NCBI GenBank assembly: GCA_029953675.1
Contig: JAMWBK010000005.1
Span: forward strand, 930,001 to 994,000
Direction of reading: 5' to 3'
Length of the DNA stretch: 64,000 bases
Source of the DNA: Rhodosorus marinus CCMP1338
Lineage: Eukaryota > Plantae > Rhodophyta
A program made the translations under genes and the position numbers. Shown one piece after another: positions 37,913-49,680 of the stretch. The notes beneath the pieces were generated by a model. That model was not told where the DNA came from, searched no databases, and saw nothing but the letters and a program-made list of their open reading frames with translations. The stretch's first letter is position 1. Every line of letters begins with the position of its first letter.

Positions 37913-40589
37913 ACTCAGTCTGACGGAGGAGACGAGAACCCGCACGCGGAGCTCCCCTGCAACCTTCAGGAGCCTCCTCAACAGGTTTCGGAGTCTTCCA
38001 GCGATATGGAAGTCGAACAGGATGCGGAAAGGTCTACCACAGGCGACATCAGAGCCCTGAAGAAGCCGCGACAAGCCGAGACTCATTCACCATCACCTCG
38101 CGAACAGATATGAGTGCAGGTGACTCCCGGAAGAGACTGCGCACCACACCGTTGATCATCCGACCCAGGGGCATGGCAGCACAAACTGCTAGAGTTCCTG
38201 GAGACGCACACCGATTGGGGACAAAGTTGGTGGAAAGTTACCCACAGTCCAGTACGGACCCGGGAACATGTGCCGAATGCTCAGGCCAAGAAATAGAACA
38301 CGCTTCTGCACCAAGCCCTGGGATTTGCCCTCGACTCTGATGCTGATCCTTTTCTTCGCGCTTTCATCATGGTATTACCGGGTCTCGCGCTCGGAAAGTG
38401 CGATCTCCAGCCAGGAGTGCAAGTAGAACATCTCATGGAAGGGGAATTTTCGCAAGTATGGATGGCACTCAACGCGAAGACAGCGTGCCATCCCTCGGCA
38501 CGAGCGCGACGGGCCGATGGCCATGGGGAAAAACGTCGCAATGCGCAAGTAATTCGGTTGGCCAACGTTGGACGCCTTCCGCCGCAGCCCGGAGACTTGA
38601 GGCAACGGATCTCGCCCCTCTGAAACCATCTACCTGACAGGCTCTCCGAGAGCTTTTCCCCGCCGAGCCAACAACACCGCTACACGAGGAAGTGGAATTG
38701 GAGCTCCGACGTATCCACGAACAAGCCAACACACACCCTCCACGAGTGTGGAACCCCGCAGCAGCGAGCGACGAGTCCCTTCTCTCTGTGATCAACCGAC
38801 TTCCAGCCAAAAACGAGCCCCGGACCCAGCGGACTGCGAGCAGAGCATCTCCACGCCGTTACACCTGCGAATAAGCCCAGATTGGTTAAATTTCTGCGAC
38901 TCCTAGCGGGGAAGCCTGAGTCGTTCCCGTCCATACTCGGCAGGCCCTTCGTAGCAACCGGTTGCTTCCGTTTATCAAGCCACAAGCAGAAGGAGTGGCG
39001 GCTGAGGGACGCCTCCGACTGAGACCGCTTGCCGTTCCAGAGGTTCTGCGCAAGGTCGCTGCCCAGTTGGGTACTTGGCGGAATCTCGGGTCGACTAAGC
39101 GAGTTCCTAGTTCCGGAACAGCTGGGGATTGCCGTTCGGAGCGGATGCGAACAAGCGTTACACGCGGCACAGGCCCACCTCTACTACGAACCACAACACG
39201 CCTTGCTAAAACTGGACCTGGAGAATGCATTCAATAGGATTGACAGACGATTGGCGGCGCAAGTTGCCGCGGCTTCGTTTCCAGAGTTACTACCTATCTT
39301 CCAGCTCGCTTACGGCTCATGTGCGAATGAGGCTCCCATGCAGTTCGGATGGACAGAAATCGACGAAAGCGCTGGGAGAGTCAAAGACAGGCTTTATCTG
39401 AGAGCAAGCACTGGCGTTCAACAAGGAGACCCCGTGGGACCCGTACTTCACGCACTGGCCCTGGCCCCGTTCCTTCGGGCACTACGACGCAAGTTCCCAG
39501 AACTGACGCTGGCGGCAGTACACGACGACATTTCTCTGGTGGGTGATTTGAACGTGCTTAAAAGTGCTTTAAATTGGAGTGCAGAGGCACTAATCGGGAT
39601 AGGAGCGAAGCTACAGCGATCCAAATGCCTCATCTACGCACCGCGGCTGGACACACCACGTAGGATAAATGTGGATATGCCGGACATTCAGGTGACGCGC
39701 AAGGGGACTACCCTGTACTCTATTCCCATTGGAAGGCGCCAATACGCGGAGGCAACATGCAGGACCATCCAATCACGTCATGCAAAGCTCGTGAACGCAC
39801 TTCAACGTCTCCCAGAGTCGGAATTGCACGTTAAGTTAGCGATTTTCCGATACTGTGCGAGAACGCGACTTGACTACCATACCAGGGGCCTGGTGTATCC
39901 ACTGGGCCGGACCACCGCCAGGGAAGCCGACGGCATCACCCTTGCAGAACTGGAAGGCTTATGTGGAGGACAGAGACACCATCAAGATATCACCGGAGTT
40001 GAGGCAAACGTGGTGGAGCAGCAGATTCGACTGCCATGCCGATGGGGAGGGCTAGGGTTTGCTATGCGGACGAGGATTCAACCGGTCGGTTTTCACGCTG
40101 GTGGAAGCAGAGTCTTCAGGAGAATATCACTCAGTCCGGTTACCTTAGGCGGCTACTTTTGGACTGTATTTCGCTTGCGGATGGACATCAGCGGTGTGAG
40201 ATCAGTATGCAGTGGACTACGGGCGATCTGGCGGTGCAACTTGTAGCGGCAAGTCATGCGGTACAGAGGAGGCTATCACCAACGACGAGTGCACGGATCA
40301 AGAGGCTAGCGGAATGGCAACCATTAGCAGACTGTGCAAGAGGCACTGAGACGGATCCGACGAGTTCCGGAGGATATGACGGTCCCGTTCAAAAAACGCT
40401 CTCTCGAGAGTGCATCGTCACGCCTTCGAGATACTCACGGAGGATGCAACGGTGGAGGACGTAGACAGGGCAAGAATCCGGTCGGCGGCAGGGACGGGTT
40501 GTGGTGTATGGCTAAGAGACTGCCCTAACGTGGGTCCGCGGAAATTGAGTCGGGATGAGATGTTCTGGAGCATGAGGATGTTTCTGGGG

Positions 40590-41202
40590 CGCCTTCGCTT
40601 GTTCTGCTTGTTTCGCAGCATATCCGCATCTCCAGCTCGTATGCCTCAACTGATTCCTTTGAAGTGGCGATGTTACCATCACGTCCACCACGTACACGCA
40701 ACCACTCGTCGGGTGCCGTGCTACAGTATCGGGTCGAATTCCGGACCCAGCAAAGAACCCCTGAGGCTCTACTACTATCTCTGTGAAATTCCATAGGTGT
40801 AGCCATAGACTCAGTTCGACTTTCAGCTCATCGTGCCTCTTTGTTCGCATCCCCGATGACGTCATACAGTTGCACAGTCTGCGAGCAACCAGACGATGTG
40901 CGTGGGATCCAGCGGTGCACCACTGCAGGACGTCATCGGGGATGCGAACAAAGAGGCACGATGAGCTGAAAGTCGAACTGAGTCTATGGCTACACCTATG
41001 GAATTTCACAGAGATAGTAGTAGAGCCTCAGGGGTTCTTTGCTGGGTCCGGAATTCGACCCGATACTGCAGCACGGCACCCGACGAGTGGTTGCGTGTAC
41101 GTGGTGGACGTGATGGTAACATCGCCACTTCAAAGGAATCAGTTGAGGCATACGAGCTGGAGATGCGGATATGCTGCGAATCAAGCAGAACAAGCGAAGG
41201 CG
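40590..41202. repeat. Near-perfect inverted repeat: 274-bp arms (40590-40863 and 40929-41202) with a 65-nt loop
   Basis: The left arm is the reverse complement of the RLE-coding right arm with about 2 mismatches seen, producing mirror ORFs 40512-41009(-) and 40783-41457(+). Confidence 0.95.
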
Positions 41203-43547
41203 TTGCATTATAAGGAAGTGCTGAGGGTGGAAAACCGAGACCTGGTTTTTGTGCCGTTCATTTTGGAGACTTTTGGTCGAATGGGCGAGGCAAGCCTTGA
41301 ATTTCTTCACATAGGGACGGCGCATCTACATGATCGTGACTCCCATCTGTCGTCAGTGAGGGGTCAATTCAATCGGATTCTGTGGCTGCATAACGCTGCG
41401 CTAGTTGAGCATGCGATCGAGAAAGATCGCGCGGATAGAACAATATTTCCTGAGTAGAACTTAGATGAGATCCCTGGACAGGGGGTCCAAGTGAGTTTAG
41501 AGCGAACGTATAGTAGTGGTACTGCGCTGCGGTAGGTAGCTGCCGAATAAAGGCCACGGGACATTTCTTTCCCGCCAAACTCTGAACCGATACGTTATGA
41601 TTCCCGCGAAAAACATTGCACATATCAACCATGAGCTTTTTATTGGAAATCACTGGAGGTACCTATAATATCGATATTCGACAGTCAATAATTATTTTCA
41701 TCAACAAATAATTTATTCAAAATACCGATAAATGCTAGCGTATTAAACGGTATATTGAGCCCACTAATAAATGGGTTTAATATTAAGAATACTCCCAAAA
41801 AGCATCATAATAAACCTCTATACGTAGAAACACCTCTCTAAAAACAGAAGATAATTCAACATCATTCTATAAAACAACATATTTTCAGTCCAATAAATAC
41901 AGTAAATTCGTATATATTTGATGATTACTACTTTTTTTACAACGGGGAGCAGAGAAGAGAGGGGGGGGGGTGGTGTGTGGGGGACAAGCGGAAGCTCGAA
42001 GGACAGGTTGCAAAGGGTGTTTGGATTGTGCTTGTTTTGGAGATGGGACCACCTAAAGGTGCAGAAGAAACCACTCCAAAGAAAAGCGCTTTTGGCTAAC
42101 AAGCAACAGTTAGCTAAGCCATAGAGAGAGCATGTAAGAGTAAGGTATACGGAAACACTTCAACAACGAAATGTATGTCAAGCTCCTCGGCCTTGCTCTA
42201 CCAAAACCTCCTCAGCAAGCTCAAAACTCCGTTGGCATCACGGCACCCCGTTTCATCTCATTCCGTCAGATTTCAGTGCCGATCTTTTCTTCGATAAAAA
42301 AACCGCGGCTCTTCAAAACACTTCAAAATTTCAACATATATACCATCATTCCTAATAATAAAAAAACCCCGTCCTTAAATTAGTACAAACACAAAATACT
42401 AATAGTGTACTATTCATTTTCGTAAACCCGAGCAAGAGGAACGAGGGGGTTGAAAATAATCTAGTCTTCCTCCATAAGAGCTACTTTTATTACTACAAAA
42501 GAAATATCTAGCTACTTATCACCAATATGTAAGGAGGGGGTAATAGGTGTAAGTTGTTGTTTAATTGTAGTTGTTTTTGATGGGGGTTTGGTCAATGGGG
42601 ATTTGTAAAAATGAAGGGGGAGCTGAGAATGGCGGATTGGTACACTGTCTCTTTTTTTGGGGGAGGGCCCCTGGGGGGGTGGGGTTCGCGCGGGTGATTA
42701 AAACTTTTTTTGTGTTCTGATCGTGTTTTAGGAGGGGGGGAATGAAGTTGTTTAGGTTTTCAGGGATTTTAGATTCGAGAGAGAGAGAGAGAGAGAGAAG
42801 GGAGGGAGAAAGAGAGAGAGAAAGAGAGAGATTGTAGTTAGGTGATGATTAGAGAGAGGCGTTTGGGAGTGAAATAGTATTTATTTGAAAACTGTTTTAG
42901 GTTTTTCGAGGGTATTTTTATCTTGTGGTGTTTTGTTTGTGAGATTTTTGGGGCTTGTCTTTAGAGAGATGGTTGGTGTTCGGTTGAGTACGGAAGAATT
43001 GAGATTGATAAGGTTTTGAGGGATAGTTTGGCAGAGGTAAAATCTGTTCTTGGATTTCAGAGTTTTGGTGGGTGGTGGGACGGGGTGGGAGGGGTGGGGG
43101 CGGGGCGGGGGAGGGTGAACGCTGGAGGAGAAAGGTCTGGCTGACCTGTGAAAGTCATTCTGGGTTGGATTGGCGACAATGGACGAGAAGGTAAGTATAC
43201 GCGCGGGACTGAAAGGCTTGGGAAGCGGAAGGGAGGGTTTTTGCAGTGTAGTCTAATCTGGATGTTCGGTTCGGTTTGGTTATTTGCACGGCAGGGGCAG
43301 CAGCTCCTTATGGCTTGCATTAGGGATGTAGGTCAACATTTGTTGAAGGCTGGGGAGGTTCTTATCAACTACTCAAAGTCAAATGGTGGCATGAATTTGG
43401 TGAGTGATCATCGCTTTTGCATCTGCTCGTCCTGCTTGATCGTTCGACGCTGCCCCCCAAACGGAACTGAGCTAAGATTTTGGCGCGCTTTTCAATTGTA
43501 CACGTGCTCCACAGCCCATTACACCTGCTACAAATCAAGCAGGAAAC

Positions 43548-44234
43548 ATGGCGACCTCTCAAGGTGTTTCTGCGGTAGTTCCGATCACATCAGCAATACT
43601 CCCGGCGAACTCAGTTCTTGCACCCGGCGATGCAGCAGGGCAAAGTTTGATCATGAGCGGAGGTGTCCCTCTGATGCAAGACTTTCGATACCCGCAGAAG
43701 CGAAAAGGTTCGGCAGAACATTGTCCACACGATGAACTTCTCAACAGCTAACAAGAGAATCCTACTTGTCAACGTTAACCGCCCAACCATAGGGGATGAT
43801 CGTATAGACGAGAAGGGTTCGAAAAGAATTCGAAACAACTGGACTACGGAGGAAAACAACATAATGATCAAGGTGGCGAAGGACTCCAAGTTTGACTCCG
43901 AGCGGGACATGCTTTCAACCATGCGAGACAGATTAGGAGGATCAAGGACTATTACGCAGTGCAAGAATCACTTCAAGAATCTAGTGAGAGCGGGCAAAAT
44001 TCCGTGGAACGAGGCGCTTAAAGCAGATAGCCCGGGAAAGGACAGTAGGTGCATTGCTCAAGATCTCGGATCACCTCACAGTACATCGTCCTATCCTCCG
44101 TAGCCATATTCAAGCCTGCTTGACGTCCTTATTCTGAAAAACAGCCGCTCTCTTGCTCCGCACCAGATGAAAATGAAGACGGACAACTCCACAAGGAAGA
44201 CGATGACGATGTAGACGTCGTTGAGGACAAATGA
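43548..44234 (+). CDS. Myb/SANT-like DNA-binding protein, about 3 exons
   Basis: 'KRIRNNWTTEENNIMIKVAK...LGGSRTITQCKNHFKNLVRAG' Myb-like repeat, preceded by basic 'PQKRK' and followed by an acidic tail ending 'VDVVEDK*' (splice model inferred). Confidence 0.65.
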
Positions 44235-45040
44235 TTGATGTAATATTATTAAGCCCGCTTATGTTCTAGGAGGTTCACACGGAGTTGACTCTGCGTCGGC
44301 GTGTCTCTTGGTTAGTAGCTTGCGCGAAGTTTCAAAAACAGAACGCGACTGATGATGAGAGAGTATTTAGTGCACATTTCTTATAGATCGCCCTGCTACG
44401 ACTCATGATGGTAACCAGAAACAAAATACGAAAATGCTTGAGACGGTGGATGGTGGGTTGCGAGGCCTTCGGAAGGAGGCTCTCAACAAGATAGGTCTTA
44501 ACGCCTGTACTGAAGGCTGAAGGAGTATCCCCTCCTGCTGTTGTCGTTTTTTTTTTCCGGTTAAGATTCGCCACAAATGCAGAAAAAGAAAGGAACTTGT
44601 ATTCCCGTTTGTTATCTCGACCAAATGGCTTGAAGCGTCCTCGTAAGCATCTGGCCGATTCCAGAGTATGGCTAGAACACTAAATCAGCACGCGGAACGA
44701 CCTGAGCAATTGCTGCTTGATACATCGACAGCCCGGTGATCCCACACACGGATGCAGATCGGTTTTTCTGTGGCTCCTTGTGGCGGAAGCCTAGTAGAAG
44801 TTTCCTGAGTACGAATGGACCCCTATGGCAACCCGATTTCGTCCGCTCAGCTCATGTACTTGATCGTGATCTGCAGATTTCTGCACTGAAATTTATAAAA
44901 TACTTCTCCGAGACTAACCATTTACTACTGTCGCTCGGGAGTGGTCTCTACCCCTACCGATTTCTTACTATCAACAGCAGCAATCTGCAACCAGAAACAA
45001 GCGCTCCGACAATTGACGTTATACGTGGGTGTCCGTACGT

Positions 45041-46300
45041 CTACTCCTCAGCTGCGGGCGCGGCCTCTGGCTCAGTGCTCGCAGGAGCACTCTTAAAGCC
45101 GGCATACATTTCATTGGCATCCTTCCGGAAGCTGTCGAAGAGCTCCTGCCCGCCAACGGCGAGTTGCGGGTTAGCCGCCTTCGGGAGCGAGTCAACGACC
45201 TTGTTGACCATCGGCATCGCGGCGTAGATCTCCGCGTACGTCGTAGGTCCAGCAGCTGCGAATGCAGACTTCCTCGCCTCGAATTCCTGGTTCTTCTTCG
45301 TTGCGATGTCCTTCAGGCACTCCCTGTACGACGCAGTCCTCTGCGCAACTCTGACCTCCTCAGCTTGGCCCTTTGCGATTCCATCCTGGCAGTACGATCC
45401 GTAAGTGTCGTAAACTCCGTACGGTGTATTCGCTGAATTCGCTTCCATCTGCCTCATCCTGGCAATGTGCTCATCAGCCTTAGCCATGACCTGCTTCGTT
45501 CCAGGGTTCTTGTTGCACGAGGTGATCGCGTAAATTCCAGCGTAAGCAGGGCTAAACGGATACTCAAGCATACCAGCAGTCGACTTGCCCATGAAGTTGG
45601 GGGACTTCTTGAAGCTCTCGAAGTACTCCTGCGGAGTCATCTGCTTCATGATGTTGATCGCGTCTCCTGGGTTTCGGGTTGGCAGACTGTTCTCAACCTT
45701 GTTCCTCACACCCTGAGCGCAATAGAAGTCCCTCCACGTTACAGGGCCGGAGCTTGCAAATGCAGCCGCACGAGAGCTGTAGATCTGATTCAGCCTAACG
45801 TTCATCGGCTTCTGCGACTCCTTGAACGAGGCAGTCCTGCTCGCACCCCTCTTCTTCTCAGCTTCGAACTTGGACTGTCCGTCATGGCAGTACGTGCCGT
45901 AAGTCTTAAGCTCTCCGTACTTGTACTGGCAGTTGTTGACCATATCCCTCGCGAAAACAGCCTTGGCAAGGAACTCATCAGCCTTTGCCAGTACAGAGGA
46001 GATTCCAGGTCTCTTGTTGCAAAGGGTCAATGAGTGAACACCAGCCCACGCTGGGCTTGGCGGGTAGTCCAGCAGGTCCGCAGGAGAGCCCTTCCTTGTG
46101 TACTCAAAAGGCCTCTTCCCGACTTTGTAGTCGATCATAACCTTCCCGAAGCTCTGGTAATTCTTCTGGAAAGAATCAACCCTCATCGTGACGGTGCTGG
46201 AGTTGCTCGCCTGCCTCGTCCCAGCAACTCGCTCGCCGGCGAATCCTGAGCTCAGCTTCGGCTGAACGAACATGCCCCCGACAAACCCGAGATCAGCCAT
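45041..46300 (-). CDS. Phycobilisome rod gamma-type (LRgamma, phycoerythrin gamma-subunit-like) linker, paralogue 1 (419 aa, intronless)
   Basis: Transit peptide ending 'TVTMR'; 'DSFQKNYQSFGKVMIDY', 'YPPSPAWAG..S...C', 'GTYCHDG', 'QKPMNVRL' and 'CQDGIAKGQAEEVRVA' resemble red-algal gamma-subunit chromophore-binding domains. Confidence 0.85.
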   Translation of the reverse strand: MADLGFVGGMFVQPKLSSGFAGERVAGTRQASNSSTVTMRVDSFQKNYQSFGKVMIDYKVGKRPFEYTRKGSPADLLDYPPSPAWAGVHSLTLCNKRPGISSVLAKADEFLAKAVFARDMVNNCQYKYGELKTYGTYCHDGQSKFEAEKKRGASRTASFKESQKPMNVRLNQIYSSRAAAFASSGPVTWRDFYCAQGVRNKVENSLPTRNPGDAINIMKQMTPQEYFESFKKSPNFMGKSTAGMLEYPFSPAYAGIYAITSCNKNPGTKQVMAKADEHIARMRQMEANSANTPYGVYDTYGSYCQDGIAKGQAEEVRVAQRTASYRECLKDIATKKNQEFEARKSAFAAAGPTTYAEIYAAMPMVNKVVDSLPKAANPQLAVGGQELFDSFRKDANEMYAGFKSAPASTEPEAAPAAEE

Positions 46301-48111
46301 GACGTTTCTCTCCGTAAACAACAGCAAACAACAAAGGATTAGAAGAATGAAGCAAATATCCTCAAACTATTAATCCCTCAAGATCTTGCGCACCTTCAAC
46401 ACTCCCGTCCCTTCCTCGTTTCTCCTTCCCCCGTCGGACGAAGATATTTCGAACGCATCATATATACGACATCACCCAGCGTCAAATGTCTTTGCAACCC
46501 ATCACGAGAGCTGACATCCAATTTTATACCAAAATCAAAATAGCGGAATAAATCCTAGCCGGTCTTTCCCTGGGTGTAGTTCCACTCCCCCCCCTTCTGG
46601 AGCAATCTCAAAATTGCAAAAGTACTCCAAATTGTTTTGTGATAGGCTTTCCCACAAGATGTTATGCGTTTTCTCTTACCCCGTTGGTTTTGTTTTGTTT
46701 TGGTAATCGCATTGCAAAAAGGAAACATTGGGATAGACAATTCTGGGCCAACGTGGGGGGGACTTGATGGGGGACCAGCTGATGGGTGACATGATGGGGT
46801 CACAATCGCCGATGTGACTTTTTGGCAGGGCACGGACCAGTGCCGGTTATTCGTTTGGAAAATGGGGGATGTTTGGGATGTGTGCTACCGCAGCAAGAGG
46901 AGCCCCTATGGAAAACGGTGTGACGTTGTGTAGAAGGTGATCGGACGATGACGACTACGTATTTCCACATATCCATAAACACACTTGTTGCCTTTGTCCC
47001 ATAGGAACGCAACCCAGTCCAGCAGGCCCGAAGAGAACTGACTCGGAAGCGATGGGTTCCTTTGCGAACCCCGTCCAACTGGCATCCCAAAGAACGGGAA
47101 TAGAGAGTTTTATGATAAAAAATGAGTTGAGGCCGGGACGAATTTATTTCATAATTTAGGACAGTCTGGATTGACAACCATCTCCCAGCGCTTGCCAACA
47201 GTTTTTAGCGTGGGGTGTCCTATATTTTGAATACCATTTTCTTAACTTTGGAGGAAGTTGACATTATCTGTGGTATTTGAAGGACAGTTGTAGTGGAAAC
47301 GGATAAAAATAGTAGCGAAACGGAGAAGCATAGAAAATATGCGATTCTGAATAAAAACCGACCGAACTAAAAAACATGGTTATAATCAAGCTCAGCGATC
47401 TTCCAAGCGGACGGAGGGTAATTTATTGTGAATTTCTAATTGATCGTCTGTGTCAATCTGCGGTTTTGATTTGGGAAAGTTTTAGGACGATTGCGTGCTT
47501 TCTGATGTTGAGATAGTTGCATTCACGAATAGGTGCACTGGTGTTGCGGGGAATGATGGGCTCAATTTAGGTGCCGGCGACCTGTACCGAGAGGCGTGGG
47601 TGGGTTCCTTCCAACCCAGGGATTGTCTAGTTTCTGCCGTAACATGTACAAGCTTCGCAATAGGTTGCTCTTGGCAGCAGGATTCTTGCCGAGAGCTCAG
47701 CCTGCGTACCCCCCATGCTGTACTTCCCAGTGATTTGGTTGGTATTCAGCCTTGGAAAGCGTCCCCAGCCCCCCCCGAATGGGCTTGGACTGGAAACATG
47801 ACTTAGTTGCTACCCCTAGTCACCGTGGCTGTGTTCTACAGTGCTGGCACCGTTAGTTCCTGAACAGCTAAAATTTCCATCCAGATAGAAGGAAAGGATG
47901 CACCCGTAACCCTAGATATGGCGAGATCCCAGCTCTAGGACTTGAGTGAAAACCGGAGTTCGGTGGCTGACAATTGCTGAACCTCCTCCGACGCTGGGTC
48001 GAACATAGTCTCTTCAGATTTTCCGTGCTCTTTACAGTAGGCTGCTTTGTGCAAATATTTTTGTACTTATAAACCTCCTTCTATTACTCAGAAGGTGGGG
48101 TTCCAGGGTGT

Positions 48112-49485
48112 TTATTCGTCATCGGACTTCTCGGGTTCCGCGGCTTTGGGCGCAGGCTTCGGGGCCGGCGTCGGCGCCGCTGCCTTGGGGGCGACCCCGG
48201 TGCTAGTCCACATTGGCTTTCCAACAGGCATACCGCTTCTGAAGCTTTCGTAGTAGCTCTGTCCATCTTCCTTGATGTAGCTGTCCTGCAAGGCTTGGCC
48301 TGCATCGGTTGCCGACATTTGGAAACTCTCAAAGTACTGCTGTGAGTCGGCGGTCGAACGCGAGTTCGCCAGGGCGGTTTCAACCTTGTTCACCATCGGC
48401 ATCGCGGCGTAGATCTCCGCGTACGTCGTAGGTCCAGCAGCTGCGAATGCAGACTTCCTCGCCTCGAATTCCTGGTTCTTCTTCGTTGCGATGTCCTTCA
48501 GGCACTCCCTGTACGACGCAGTCCTCTGCGCAACTCTGACCTCCTCAGCTTGGCCCTTTGCGATTCCATCCTGGCAGAACGATCCGTAAGCGTTGTAAAC
48601 TCCGTACGGTGTATTCGCTGAATTCGCTTCCATCTGCCTCATCCTGGCAATGTGCTCATCAGCCTTAGCCATGACCTGCTTCGCTCCAGGGTTCTTGTTG
48701 CACGAGGAGATCGCGTAAATTCCAGCGTAAGCAGGGCTAAACGGATACTCAAGCATACCAGCAGTCGACTTGCCCATGAAGTTGGGGGACTTCTTGAAGC
48801 TCTCGAAGTACTCCTGCGGAGTCATCTGCTTCATGATGTTGATCGCGTCTCCTGGGTTTCGGGTTGGCAGACTGTTCTCAACCTTGTTCCTCACACCCTG
48901 AGCGCAATAGAAGTCCCTCCACGTCGCGGGGCCGGAGCTTGCAAATGCAGCCGCACGAGAGCTGTAGATCTGATTCAGCCTAACGTTCATCGGCTTCTGC
49001 GACTCCTTGAACGAGGCAGTCCTACTCGCACCCCTCTTCTTCTCAGCTTCGAACTTGGACTGTCCGTCATGGCAGTACGTGCCGTAAGTCTTAAGCTCTC
49101 CGTACTTGTACTGGCAGTTGTTGACCATATCCCTCGCGAAAACAGCCTTGGCAAGGAACTCATCAGCCTTTGCCAGTACAGAGGAGATTCCAGGTCTCTT
49201 GTTGCAAAGGGTCAATGAGTGAACGCCAGCCCACGCTGGGCTTGGCGGGTAGTCCAGCAGGTCCGCAGGGGAACCCTTCCTTGTGTACTCAAATGGCCTC
49301 TTCCCGACGTTGTAGTCGATCATAACCTTCCCGAAGCTCTGGTAATTCTTCTGGAAAGAATCAACCCTCATCGTGACGGTGCTGGAGTTGCTCGCCTGCC
49401 TCGTCCCAGCAACTCGCTCGCCGGCGAACCCTGAGCTCAGCTTCGGCTGAACAAACATGCCCCCCACAAACCCGAGATCAGCCAT
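48112..49485 (-). CDS. Phycobilisome rod gamma-type linker, paralogue 2 (457 aa, intronless)
   Basis: Nearly identical to paralogue 1 up to 'MPMVNKV', then a different, longer C-terminus. Confidence 0.85.
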   Translation of the reverse strand: MADLGFVGGMFVQPKLSSGFAGERVAGTRQASNSSTVTMRVDSFQKNYQSFGKVMIDYNVGKRPFEYTRKGSPADLLDYPPSPAWAGVHSLTLCNKRPGISSVLAKADEFLAKAVFARDMVNNCQYKYGELKTYGTYCHDGQSKFEAEKKRGASRTASFKESQKPMNVRLNQIYSSRAAAFASSGPATWRDFYCAQGVRNKVENSLPTRNPGDAINIMKQMTPQEYFESFKKSPNFMGKSTAGMLEYPFSPAYAGIYAISSCNKNPGAKQVMAKADEHIARMRQMEANSANTPYGVYNAYGSFCQDGIAKGQAEEVRVAQRTASYRECLKDIATKKNQEFEARKSAFAAAGPTTYAEIYAAMPMVNKVETALANSRSTADSQQYFESFQMSATDAGQALQDSYIKEDGQSYYESFRSGMPVGKPMWTSTGVAPKAAAPTPAPKPAPKAAEPEKSDDE

Positions 49486-49680
49486 TACGTTTCTCTCCGT
49501 AAACACGGCAAACAACAAAGGATGAGAAGAATGATGCAAATATCCTCGACTATTAATCCCTCAAGATTTTTCGCTCCTCCAACACACGCGTCCCTTCCTC
49601 ATGCCGCTTACCCCGCCGACCTGATATGCTTCGGACGGCATCATATATATAGACCCCAACACCCAGCGTCAAACGTCTTC

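Larger units (their letters stand above)
36790..41551 (+). mobile_element. CRE-clade non-LTR retrotransposon (copy A1), near full length but frameshifted
   Basis: ORF1/gag-like region (37179-38340); RT 'LRPLAVPEVLRK', 'QLGIAVRSGCEQ', 'LDLENAFNRIDR', 'GVQQGDPVGP', 'AVHDD', 'LPCRWGGLG'; zinc knuckle plus RHD motif; RLE 'RPD...VVDVMV...FVPFILETFG'; 3'UTR with AATAAA at 41546. Confidence 0.9.

Noticed and set aside
42089-42099. CTTTTGGCTAA, a U2 snRNA-like word near a CRE element
   Set aside because: The flanks do not match U2 (no following GATCAAGTGTAG).
47600-48010. Possible highly decayed minus-strand CRE fragment (GACTATGTTC..., P.R.GG.G-like words)
   Set aside because: The similarity is too short and frameshifted to support without an alignment.
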